Source: a virus
Taxonomy: Duplodnaviria > Caudoviricetes
Length of the DNA stretch: 64,000 nucleotides
Direction: 5' to 3' (one strand)
Virus record (IMG/VR): IMGVR_UViG_3300031555_001469
This document shows, piece after piece, positions 49,020-57,812 of the stretch; position 1 is the first letter of the stretch, and each line of letters opens with the position of its first letter. Both the position numbers and the translations under genes were made by a program. The notes under the pieces are model-generated. The model was given only the letters and a program-made list of their open reading frames with translations. It made no database searches and was not told the DNA's origin.

Positions 49020-49820
49020 CTATCGTTTATTAAAATATATTTGAGAAAATATTTTGTATAATTCTCTCAAAATATTATAATTATAAGAAATGTTAAGACA
49101 GTATTTATCTTTCTCAGGTAAATGATCTGCCAGTAATTCCATATAATGTAACCCACCCTGAATCCTGTATTGGCTTGCAGGGTTAAATTCACGATAGTAT
49201 CCAATGTCTAAGTCTAAAGAGACATACTTTTGACTAAAAGCTTGAATTAGCCAAAGTGTGTTCTCTATACTATCCACTGTAGATACGTTTAGAAGCTCTA
49301 ATAAAAATTCATAGAAGAAATCTTGATGCAGAGCTAACTGCTGTTCTCCTATACCTTTTATATCTAAAACTTCTTTTCTCATTATAGGATCAAAGTAATA
49401 TAAATACTGAACCCTATTTATCCTAAGATAAGAAGTATATATATTCCTACAAGTAAATTCTACATTATCAAATTTAGTAACTGTAGGAATTTTGTTTATG
49501 ATATATATAGCATCATTCTTAATTGCCAATATATCATAATCTTGTATATCGTTTGCTTCAAAGAATAACTTCTTTACCTCGATAACCCCAGCATCTAAAG
49601 CTTTTCCTAATTCAGGATTAGCTGCTCTGAGTTTACCTATAGTAACCTGTCTAGTCATTCTATCGGCACTGTATAAAAAATTGTACTGCTCGATTGATAT
49701 AAGACCTTTCCATAAGAGAATATTAATATTAGCTTTAGCAATATCATACTCTCTTATGAATGATCCAATTAGATAATCAATGTCTGCAGTATAGTTTACG
49801 TTATTCCATAATTCTGACAT
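49020..49820 (-). CDS. Small divergent family-B-polymerase-like palm protein
   Basis: EYDIAKANINIL (motif A-like), AIKNDAIY (motif C-like), LDIKGI. Confidence 0.5.
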   Translation of the reverse strand: MSELWNNVNYTADIDYLIGSFIREYDIAKANINILLWKGLISIEQYNFLYSADRMTRQVTIGKLRAANPELGKALDAGVIEVKKLFFEANDIQDYDILAIKNDAIYIINKIPTVTKFDNVEFTCRNIYTSYLRINRVQYLYYFDPIMRKEVLDIKGIGEQQLALHQDFFYEFLLELLNVSTVDSIENTLWLIQAFSQKYVSLDLDIGYYREFNPASQYRIQGGLHYMELLADHLPEKDKYCLNISYNYNILRELYKIFSQIYFNKR

Positions 49821-50296
49821 ATCACCGCAAACCTTTCTTTATCTAAATCAAGATAATACAATCCTTGAAGTGTAAATGTAGAATCTTTTGTGTAGGCAAA
49901 ATCTTCTACGTCACCAAGAACCTGACCATTGAATCCATATCTCTGCTGAATAAATTTAAGAACGCTCTCTACGAATAATTCATTATATTCATCTGCTACA
50001 TCCGAGATACAGAATACATCATATCCTTGGTACAGATTATACATTATCTTCATAATATCAGTAAAAGCGGCTTCATTTGACATCAAATAATTTGCATAAG
50101 CTATATCAAACATTCTTTCATCATTTAACTGCATTGGAGATACAGTAATTTGACTTGATGAAGGAGTTAAATTTTTGAGATATTCTATATGCTTACCGCC
50201 CATAAACATACTTCCTATATTATATAAAAAGCATGGCTTACCATAATTAGCGACGACCGGCATTATTACATCCGGCCGCCCTATTAACAACCTCAT
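49796..50296 (-). CDS. DUF488/YeaO-like protein
   Basis: LTPS...FDIAYANYL...GYDVFCI pattern; paralog of 50293-50940. Confidence 0.45.
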   Translation of the reverse strand: MRLLIGRPDVIMPVVANYGKPCFLYNIGSMFMGGKHIEYLKNLTPSSSQITVSPMQLNDERMFDIAYANYLMSNEAAFTDIMKIMYNLYQGYDVFCISDVADEYNELFVESVLKFIQQRYGFNGQVLGDVEDFAYTKDSTFTLQGLYYLDLDKERFAVICQNYGIT

Positions 50297-50940
50297 GGCT
50301 TATCAGCAGAAAACTTAATTGGGGATACTCTTTCTAATAAGTGTCCATTAAGATGCTGCTGATCCCAAAGCATTGCTGTAAAGTTGATGAGTTGAACAGG
50401 ATCATAGAAAAGATCATAATCGATACCAACTTTATGAGCAATTGATTCAAATAACTTAAGGTCTCTTGGTACCTCTGCTAAGAACTCACTTAATGTGATC
50501 ACATCCGCCATATAACAGCACTGATTAATACATATCTGTGCATTAGGCAATAAAACGAATGGTCTGTTCTGAGTTCCTACTACTATACCAAAAGCTCCAG
50601 CCATATATTCTAAAAGAATTTCAATGAATAATTGAGCTTCGTCTTTAGGTACAAATAATGTAATATTAATACCCTGCAATAAAGCTCTACCAATTATTGC
50701 TATAAGTGTACAAGCCGCATCTGTAGACATGAGATAGTTTACATATTCCATTTTGAATCTATTCATATCTCCATCAACCTGTGCAAGCATAGCCTGGTAT
50801 GGAGGCATCAATACAGAAGCCTCCACAACCTGTATAGCATTACCAAAAGGATTTCCTTCGGTAATAGATACAATTCTGCTTTGATAAGCAAGATTTGGTA
50901 TCATATTATGGTCAGTTACTAAATAACAAGTTCCTACCAT
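50293..50940 (-). CDS. DUF488/YeaO-like protein
   Basis: LMPP...GDMNRFKMEYVNYL...GINITLF pattern. Confidence 0.45.
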   Translation of the reverse strand: MVGTCYLVTDHNMIPNLAYQSRIVSITEGNPFGNAIQVVEASVLMPPYQAMLAQVDGDMNRFKMEYVNYLMSTDAACTLIAIIGRALLQGINITLFVPKDEAQLFIEILLEYMAGAFGIVVGTQNRPFVLLPNAQICINQCCYMADVITLSEFLAEVPRDLKLFESIAHKVGIDYDLFYDPVQLINFTAMLWDQQHLNGHLLERVSPIKFSADKP

Positions 50941-50953
50941 AAATTCTCACCTC

Positions 50954-52282
50954 CTAGTAGTCAGAAAGGGACTGCTTTCTCTTTTGAATCTTTTCTCCAG
51001 AAGAACTCTTCTTTCCCTTCTTACCCTTACCAGATACAGCCTTTTCATAGTATTCATCATATGCATCAGTATACTCAACTGGTTCAGCTACTTCTGGTTC
51101 TGGAGTAGCTACCTTTTCAGGTTCTACAGTTGGTTCAACCATCATATCTTCCTTAGATGGTTCTTCAACCTTTTCTTCCTTTGCAGGAGCTGTAGGTCTA
51201 ATAGGCTTAGCTGCAGAATCAGCCTTAACGAATCTTCCGCCCTGTCCTCTAGCTGGCTTAGTCTTTTCTTCCTTAGCCTTTTCTTCCTTAGCGCTAGGTA
51301 CCTGTACCTTAGCTGCCTTTTCCGGTTCTCTGTAAACAGTAGTTGACTTGGTAACAATTTCTTTACCATTCTCTGTAACAGATACCAGAATCTTTCTGTT
51401 TCTGATTTCTTCCTTAGCCTTTGGCGCAGGCTTCTTGATTGTGTCGGAGACTCTATTTACATTAATCTCCTTGCCATTTTCCTTCACTACTACGTTCAAC
51501 ATGTTAGTTCCTCCTTTAATTAAAATTAAACCTTCATTCCGTTTGTCTTCAAGATCCTTTGCAGAGTATTTCTTTCCACAACAACGGCATACTAAATAGT
51601 TAAAACCATCGTCATAATCTATTTCACCACCGCATACAGGTTCTTTTGTATTCGGGAATATAGGTCTATTACACATGAGTTTCCTACCATCCAATTTATA
51701 CATATATGGATAGTCTAATAAACAGATACCGAATCCTACTCTAATTCCATAGTTATTAAAGAACTTAGATCCAATATCTTCTAATACATATTTGCCTACA
51801 ATACACTTTGTAATCAAATCAAAAGTATCTTCGTATACATAGGCAAATTCTTCAATTGAGTTTATAGGCTCAATTCTTTCAAATACTCCGACGGTTCCAC
51901 ATGGAGAAACATCGAAGCACTTTGTTACAAATGGTTTAAGCTCGAATTGGTTTCTGAATTCTCTTGGATTATCATTCATCCCAACACGATCTACTGCAAC
52001 TTTACAAACAATATGTGGTAACTCATAATGAGTATAAACGACTCTATTAGTTCCAGCATGGAATCTCATAAAACCATTTCTTACCATAATATCATTTATC
52101 ATTTCTTTTTTCTTAACTATATTTCCATTCAGCTTAATGCTAGTAGCTATCTTTCTTAACTCTTCTACATCAGCTGGTGGTATAAGTTGATACACTGCAG
52201 GACCGAATAACGAGTCCCACTGAAATTCTAAAGCGGATTTCTTTTGCCCATACAAAACTGTCATTGCATCTGCTCTAGCCAT
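50954..52282 (-). CDS. Protein-kinase-like enzyme with Zn ribbon and charged low-complexity tail
   Basis: AGTNRVVY (Gly loop), VCKVA (catalytic Lys), NPREF (helix C Glu), EDIG...NNYG (catalytic loop), LLDY (DFG equivalent); C...C/RCCGK. Confidence 0.78.
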   Translation of the reverse strand: MARADAMTVLYGQKKSALEFQWDSLFGPAVYQLIPPADVEELRKIATSIKLNGNIVKKKEMINDIMVRNGFMRFHAGTNRVVYTHYELPHIVCKVAVDRVGMNDNPREFRNQFELKPFVTKCFDVSPCGTVGVFERIEPINSIEEFAYVYEDTFDLITKCIVGKYVLEDIGSKFFNNYGIRVGFGICLLDYPYMYKLDGRKLMCNRPIFPNTKEPVCGGEIDYDDGFNYLVCRCCGKKYSAKDLEDKRNEGLILIKGGTNMLNVVVKENGKEINVNRVSDTIKKPAPKAKEEIRNRKILVSVTENGKEIVTKSTTVYREPEKAAKVQVPSAKEEKAKEEKTKPARGQGGRFVKADSAAKPIRPTAPAKEEKVEEPSKEDMMVEPTVEPEKVATPEPEVAEPVEYTDAYDEYYEKAVSGKGKKGKKSSSGEKIQKRKQSLSDY

Positions 52283-52295
52283 TACTACAATCCTC

Positions 52296-53246
52296 CTATC
52301 CGCCTAATATAGCACTGAAGAATTTAGCTTTTCGTTCACTATATGACCTTGCCAAATTCTCAGGTAATGTAACTTCTAAATCATCAGTAGAAATATCATT
52401 AGGGTCAAAATTCATTATGCTACTATAATAACTTCCACTTGTATTATGCAGATTTAATAAATGCTGGAAATTTCCTTGATTGTATACCCTATTAACTTCT
52501 CTTTCTTGCTGATATCCTCTTGCAGCTTTCGCCTCACAATATAATTCTCCAGCTCTTTCTAAGAATTCAAATAATGACATATCATCAGGATAATTTTCTT
52601 TCATCTGAGCCATACGAGTATTATTATTCTGATTCATTCTTGAAATCTGGGTTGATACATTATCTTGCTGCTGACTTAATTGTTCAAGTCGTTGCATACG
52701 CTGCCAATGCTGTTCGCACTGTATTTCTTTTTGGTCTACGTAGTATGGGTCATATTGACTTAAATATTCATCATCGACCTCTACGCCCAAATAACTATTT
52801 ACGTTTCTTGAAATCATTTTCATGATAGAAGCCTGCTGTTTCATAGCTTCTTCTTCTTGCATTCTCTGCAATTCCATCTGTCGCTGAATTAAATATGGAT
52901 TAGCGCCATAATAATTATTTGTATAGTATCCACCTACCATAGGCTGCGACTGATAACCATATCCATAACTCTGTTGTGGGTTATATTGAGCAAACGCACC
53001 ACCTGCAATAGGCTGTTGCAAATACTGCTCAAAACCAGAACCTCCAACAGGCTGTTGCTGTTGATTCATATAAGGATTATATCCTGTATAAGTAGTTTGC
53101 TGCATATATGGATTATATCCATAATTAGCAGGTTGATTATATCCATACCCACCGACATTAGCGATTGGAGTAGGAGGTACAGGATATCCCATACCTCCGT
53201 TGTATCCAATACTATTTGCGATAGGCGACTGATTTGCGAACATCAT
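52296..53246 (-). CDS. Protein with N-terminal prion-like Q/Y/G/N/P domain
   Basis: About 118 N-terminal residues almost free of charge, with GYNPY/YGY repeats; early promoter at 53284. Confidence 0.85.
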   Translation of the reverse strand: MMFANQSPIANSIGYNGGMGYPVPPTPIANVGGYGYNQPANYGYNPYMQQTTYTGYNPYMNQQQQPVGGSGFEQYLQQPIAGGAFAQYNPQQSYGYGYQSQPMVGGYYTNNYYGANPYLIQRQMELQRMQEEEAMKQQASIMKMISRNVNSYLGVEVDDEYLSQYDPYYVDQKEIQCEQHWQRMQRLEQLSQQQDNVSTQISRMNQNNNTRMAQMKENYPDDMSLFEFLERAGELYCEAKAARGYQQEREVNRVYNQGNFQHLLNLHNTSGSYYSSIMNFDPNDISTDDLEVTLPENLARSYSERKAKFFSAILGG

Positions 53247-53307
53247 AATCGCCTAGCCTCCTTAATCTTATTTATTCATTAGTATAATATATAACTAATG
53301 AATTTGT

Positions 53308-54138
53308 TTAGAATTCATAATTATCATCATTATCTCTATGATAAGTACGATCTAAGTTTTTCCTAACTTCAGGATTGAATTTAAATTCGACGCCAAGGTT
53401 ATCATAATTTCTCTTAGTATCTACATCAAATTCGATAACTTTATTAGTACGTTCAACTTCTTCAGGCTCAAGGAAAATCTCGCCTAATAAGTTTTCTGTC
53501 TTGTAAGCTTCATCATACTGACCAATCTCTTCGACGAGATCTTCATTATGATAACTCATTGCTCTTAATGCTGTCATCTCATTATGGTATCCTACCAAAT
53601 GATGAATGATAATATTCGAGCAGTTAGCTACAATTCTGTTTAAGTACTCTACAATCTCTGTGGCTTCTTCTGGAGAACTATGTCTACCAAAGATAGCATA
53701 TTTGTAAAGAGATGCATACATTTTGCAGCAAAGCATATGTGATAATGCTCCTATATCAGTTAAACTGCAAATTCTTGCGTTTACAGGAATATATGAAAAT
53801 TCATGTAAATCAACCTTATCATAATCGATAAGACCGGAATTGATACATGTGTTTAATGCAGACATAAATACATCTGTTAACAGGAACTGTAATTTGTCAT
53901 ATGCTGCCCCGCACATGTTGTTATAAAGTTTTGTCCATCCACCCTTTTCTTCTAATGATGTGGAAACATCACCCATATAAATTCCCATTGAATTAAATGG
54001 TGTTTCGTGTCTAACGACACCACCCTGACCGATAAGAATATTAGGACTTAATGCTCTAACCGGTACAATCTTTTCTACTGTTTTTGGAAGGGTTTCTTCC
54101 TTCTGTGCTGTAAGATTTCTTCTCATTAATTTACTCAT
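53308..54138 (-). CDS. Hypothetical protein
   Basis: ORF with GGAGG SD; late-type promoter at 54162. Confidence 0.8.
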   Translation of the reverse strand: MSKLMRRNLTAQKEETLPKTVEKIVPVRALSPNILIGQGGVVRHETPFNSMGIYMGDVSTSLEEKGGWTKLYNNMCGAAYDKLQFLLTDVFMSALNTCINSGLIDYDKVDLHEFSYIPVNARICSLTDIGALSHMLCCKMYASLYKYAIFGRHSSPEEATEIVEYLNRIVANCSNIIIHHLVGYHNEMTALRAMSYHNEDLVEEIGQYDEAYKTENLLGEIFLEPEEVERTNKVIEFDVDTKRNYDNLGVEFKFNPEVRKNLDRTYHRDNDDNYEF

Positions 54139-54180
54139 TTTATACGCCTCCGTTTTTATTATTATATAAAAGTTTTTGGT

Positions 54181-54885
54181 TTAGTTAGAATTAACCAAAA
54201 GCCTCTTATATCTAGCTATTGCATCGCTTGGAAGGATGCATTTGATTGGGTTGATAACCTCGCTAACAGGCTCAGGAACATAGGTATCCAGTACCTTACC
54301 TGTAAGCACATCAACTTTGTCATTAAACTGTGCCATTAATTTAATCATATTCATATTATACACTTCTAATCTATTAGAAGAGTTGAATACTTTAATAGCA
54401 TTATTAGGGCCACCTGATTCATTTACATGCCCCTTGCAATGATATAAGTTAAACTTGATATTATTAGTAATCACGTATGAAATGATATGCCTAATAATAT
54501 CCTGATTCTTAACTCTTTCACCAGAGCTTGAAATCATATAACCTTCTTCGTCTAAATGCTTTACCCAACCAAATATCCAGTCTCTTAATCCGCAAACTGA
54601 GATCTTGCTATCACTGAATATATTGATTGTGTAAAAATTATCTTTGTATTTATTAGCTAATTGTAAAGCCAATAAGATTGCCGTTAATTCTCCTCTATTA
54701 TTAGTAGAGAATCTTAAACAGTCAAACTTGTCCTCAATGGCTGTTTGAAAGCCGTGCTCGTCTGTGACAACTGCTATAGCCCCAGGACAAGAAATCGTTT
54801 CTCCGTCCGGCATATTTTTAATAGAAGCATCACAGAAGATATTTAAAGTCTTTGGACTATAATAAAATATTCTATCTTTTTCCAT
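54181..54885 (-). CDS. rnhA: Ribonuclease HI
   Basis: FCDAS, STNNRGEL, FSDS, HCKGH, NDKVD catalytic motifs. Confidence 0.9.
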   Translation of the reverse strand: MEKDRIFYYSPKTLNIFCDASIKNMPDGETISCPGAIAVVTDEHGFQTAIEDKFDCLRFSTNNRGELTAILLALQLANKYKDNFYTINIFSDSKISVCGLRDWIFGWVKHLDEEGYMISSSGERVKNQDIIRHIISYVITNNIKFNLYHCKGHVNESGGPNNAIKVFNSSNRLEVYNMNMIKLMAQFNDKVDVLTGKVLDTYVPEPVSEVINPIKCILPSDAIARYKRLLVNSN

Positions 54886-54902
54886 TAGAAAACATCCCCT
54901 TT

Positions 54903-55340
54903 CTATTTATGGTATACGATCATTACACGATCAAATAGCCATGAATCTAAATCCATTATAACATCAGAATTTATAGGTGCTATATATCTAGATCCATTCA
55001 TATAATATTCTACATGCTTGTCAGCAAATATTATATATTTACCTTCTTTATGATTATACATAAATTCGCCAACTGTCGTACGTTGTGGTATTTTTAATTT
55101 AGTGTATCCATATTCTTTGAGTATAGGAATTATGACATGTTTAGCTGAATTAAATAAAACATGTTTTTCTTTACCCATTTTAGATTGCAATTCATATACG
55201 TCATTAAATGACAATCCTGTAACTTTTGTGAGTGCTACTGTAGAACATAAGTTTGCATGTCTTTCATATTCACCACATTCAGTAACTCTTTTATACTTTA
55301 TTCCAAGTATATCCATATAAAATTTTTTATATCTATTCAT
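54903..55340 (-). CDS. Hypothetical early protein
   Basis: ORF with AAGGGG SD; early promoter at 55373. Confidence 0.75.
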   Translation of the reverse strand: MNRYKKFYMDILGIKYKRVTECGEYERHANLCSTVALTKVTGLSFNDVYELQSKMGKEKHVLFNSAKHVIIPILKEYGYTKLKIPQRTTVGEFMYNHKEGKYIIFADKHVEYYMNGSRYIAPINSDVIMDLDSWLFDRVMIVYHK

Positions 55341-55443
55341 ATATTTGTACCCCTTTCGTGTTATTCATATTAATAATATATAAATAAAACGAATTTAGGA
55401 TTAAGGTAAACCCTAGGTGAAAATTATCACCTAGGGCTATATT

Positions 55444-55899
55444 TTACTTCTTCTTTTTAACTACCTTAATCTTTTCTTTCTTAAGCTTACCAAGAAGTTT
55501 AGCAACTCCCTTGAGTTCCTTTTCTTTCTTCTTGTCCTTCTTAGCAGCTTCTAAGAATGCGAAGAAATAATCTTCACTTTCTACAACTACAGTCATCTTA
55601 GAAGCATCAATATCATTACATTCGGCAATGTTACTAAGAGCCTCCTTAACTGTCTTAACCTGCTGAGAAACCATGTACTTAGATACATCGGACATCTCTA
55701 CATAATACACATCGTTATCCTCTACCACATTAACCATTTCCTGTGTATAGTTAATTTCAATAGGACAACACTCGATACCAGCAAATGCAGACTTTAATTC
55801 ACCAGAAATTGCATTTGTAAGTACGTTATCAACTTCAAAAGTTTCAGCCTTAGCTGCCTCTGCCATTAATTCCAGAGGACTTCCTAAAAGAACTGCCAT
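55444..55899 (-). CDS. Late protein with Lys-rich C-terminus (possible internal head/DNA-binding protein)
   Basis: Acidic body plus a KKDKKKEK...KKKK tail; late promoter at 55924. Confidence 0.7.
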   Translation of the reverse strand: MAVLLGSPLELMAEAAKAETFEVDNVLTNAISGELKSAFAGIECCPIEINYTQEMVNVVEDNDVYYVEMSDVSKYMVSQQVKTVKEALSNIAECNDIDASKMTVVVESEDYFFAFLEAAKKDKKKEKELKGVAKLLGKLKKEKIKVVKKKK

Positions 55900-55945
55900 A
55901 TTCGAAATCTCCTTTCATTTTAATTATTTTTATGTTTTAGGTTGA

Positions 55946-56728
55946 TTACTTCTCAACTATTCTAATCGGCTTAATTACGATAGAATTAGGTTGATAATCA
56001 TCCATTTGTCTGTTAGCATTTCTAATCTCTTCTAATCTACCTTTAAGAAGATTAGCTACATACTCTGCTGATGGTAATTCATATGCACCTGTTAAATCGG
56101 TGTATATGTAATTCTTTTCGAGTAATTCCATACCCTTAGATTCTTCATAAGTCTCTGTAGCGGACTCGATTCTTTCTAAGATATCAAGCTGTTCTGGAGA
56201 GAAGAAATCTTTGTATGCTTCTACAAAGTTCTTATAAGCACCATATACTTTAGTAGTAGGTACGAATAAGTACATATTGTGTACAAGCTCATGTACTGTT
56301 TCTGCCAAAGGGATTAATCCAACCCAACAGTTGTAGTGGATCCACATTACTTCTTTGGCTACAGATTCTACATCTAATGGTTCTCTATAAGCTTTACGCT
56401 TATTGAATACTACTATAACCATATCGAATAAAGTTATAGGGTCATGATGTATATGAATCTTAATCTTGGTAGAATCTATATTAGTAATATTCTTATAGAA
56501 ACTACACTTATTCATATTAAAGTTTTCTCTTAAGAAAGCTACCATTTTTCTATACTCAAAAGAAGTTCTAATGTTTCTCTCAATATCTGCAAAGTATCTC
56601 TTAAGATCTTTTTCATCATTGAGATCATAGTCTACTATGTCGTATTCTGGTAACTCTGATATTTTTACGAGATTTATATCATTTCTTTCCACATAATCTA
56701 TAGTGATTATATTTCCTGGATCTCTCAT
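55946..56728 (-). CDS. HNH/His-Me-finger-like late protein, paralog of 46233-46895
   Basis: C...IHIHH..ITLFD...LIPL..TVHELVH; late promoter at 56742. Confidence 0.65.
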   Translation of the reverse strand: MRDPGNIITIDYVERNDINLVKISELPEYDIVDYDLNDEKDLKRYFADIERNIRTSFEYRKMVAFLRENFNMNKCSFYKNITNIDSTKIKIHIHHDPITLFDMVIVVFNKRKAYREPLDVESVAKEVMWIHYNCWVGLIPLAETVHELVHNMYLFVPTTKVYGAYKNFVEAYKDFFSPEQLDILERIESATETYEESKGMELLEKNYIYTDLTGAYELPSAEYVANLLKGRLEEIRNANRQMDDYQPNSIVIKPIRIVEK

Positions 56729-56786
56729 ATAAACACCTCCTTTATTAGTATGTGAAAAAATAAAAATGATTAAGCAAAAATTTAAA

Positions 56787-57400
56787 CCCAGTAAGAGATA
56801 ACTCTTACTGGGATTGTTTTAGGGGATCGGACTGGTTGCTTGGATTCAACCAGTCCTAAGCGTATGAATTTGGTTTTATAGTCAAATAACAATCTGCGCG
56901 ATTGATTGTTATTTTTGTGCTTGGGGTGTGTGGGAGCAGTTGGTGTGTGAACTACTCCCACGTCAATGTTTATAAATAACTAGCAAAAGCTAGATATCTA
57001 TCTATATATTTACTTGAATGTTGTGCTCTGGTTAAAAGCTAACCAGAGCACTATTTTTACTCCTATAATAGGAGATTGTTTCCCAGTCTAGGTAGGAGAC
57101 ACCCTAGACTAGATGGATTGGAAATATATGTTTCAAAATTGAGCTAACCAAGTGTTATTGGAATTTACGAATCATAGGAAAATAGATTAGCCCATCTTAT
57201 TATCTTGAGGAGAGGGCTGATTATTAAATCAGCCCGGGAAGTTATAACGACTAGTGCCTAGTTAGGCACTTAGATAATATCCTTTTTATTGGGCCACTGT
57301 ATCCCTACAGTAGCCCATCCACTAATAATGAATAAAGGAGATCTTCAACTATGATGTTGAAGTAGCGACACCAAGACAAGTCTCATCTTAATATCACTAT
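56787..57400 (-). ncRNA. Putative long multi-hairpin non-coding RNA (~610 nt) with an internal late promoter
   Basis: No ORF; about 12 stem-loops; early promoter at 57402-57410; late promoter at 57010-57022; terminal hairpin 56787-56812; two stems have C-A mismatches on plus that are G-U pairs on minus. Confidence 0.65.
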
Positions 57401-57460
57401 TATTATATATGGTTATAAAGGCTTTTAAAATAAAAAATAATAGGGGTGATTAAACTACCC

Positions 57461-57709
57461 CTATATTTCGTGAAACATTGGTTTATGACGCTCATCATAA
57501 AACAATGTCTCAGCATCAATTCCTTTAACAAATAGCTCTCTTTGAGACTCGTTATGCCAGTCTACAAGAAACTCATCTGTTTCAGTTTTAATTTTAGCTC
57601 TAGTTGTACCCTCTGCAATGTACAATCTGATCGCTACTATGTAGCCATGGGTTGTTGGGTTATAAACTTCTCCGCCAACGTTTTCATTTACACCTAATGA
57701 AATCATCAT
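57461..57709 (-). CDS. Hypothetical early protein
   Basis: Start moved to 57709 behind AAGGAGGT; early promoter at 57746. Confidence 0.75.
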   Translation of the reverse strand: MMISLGVNENVGGEVYNPTTHGYIVAIRLYIAEGTTRAKIKTETDEFLVDWHNESQRELFVKGIDAETLFYDERHKPMFHEI

Positions 57710-57812
57710 AATTAATACCTCCTTAGATATTATTATTTCATTATTATAATATATCATTAAGATTCTGAATTTGACATAAGTAAGAGGGTAGGTTTTACCC
57801 TACCCTTTAATA

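Noticed and set aside
56787-57400. CRISPR array or tRNA cluster
   Set aside because: The hairpins share no repeated sequence or regular period, and no cloverleaf with a T-loop GTTCRA signature was found
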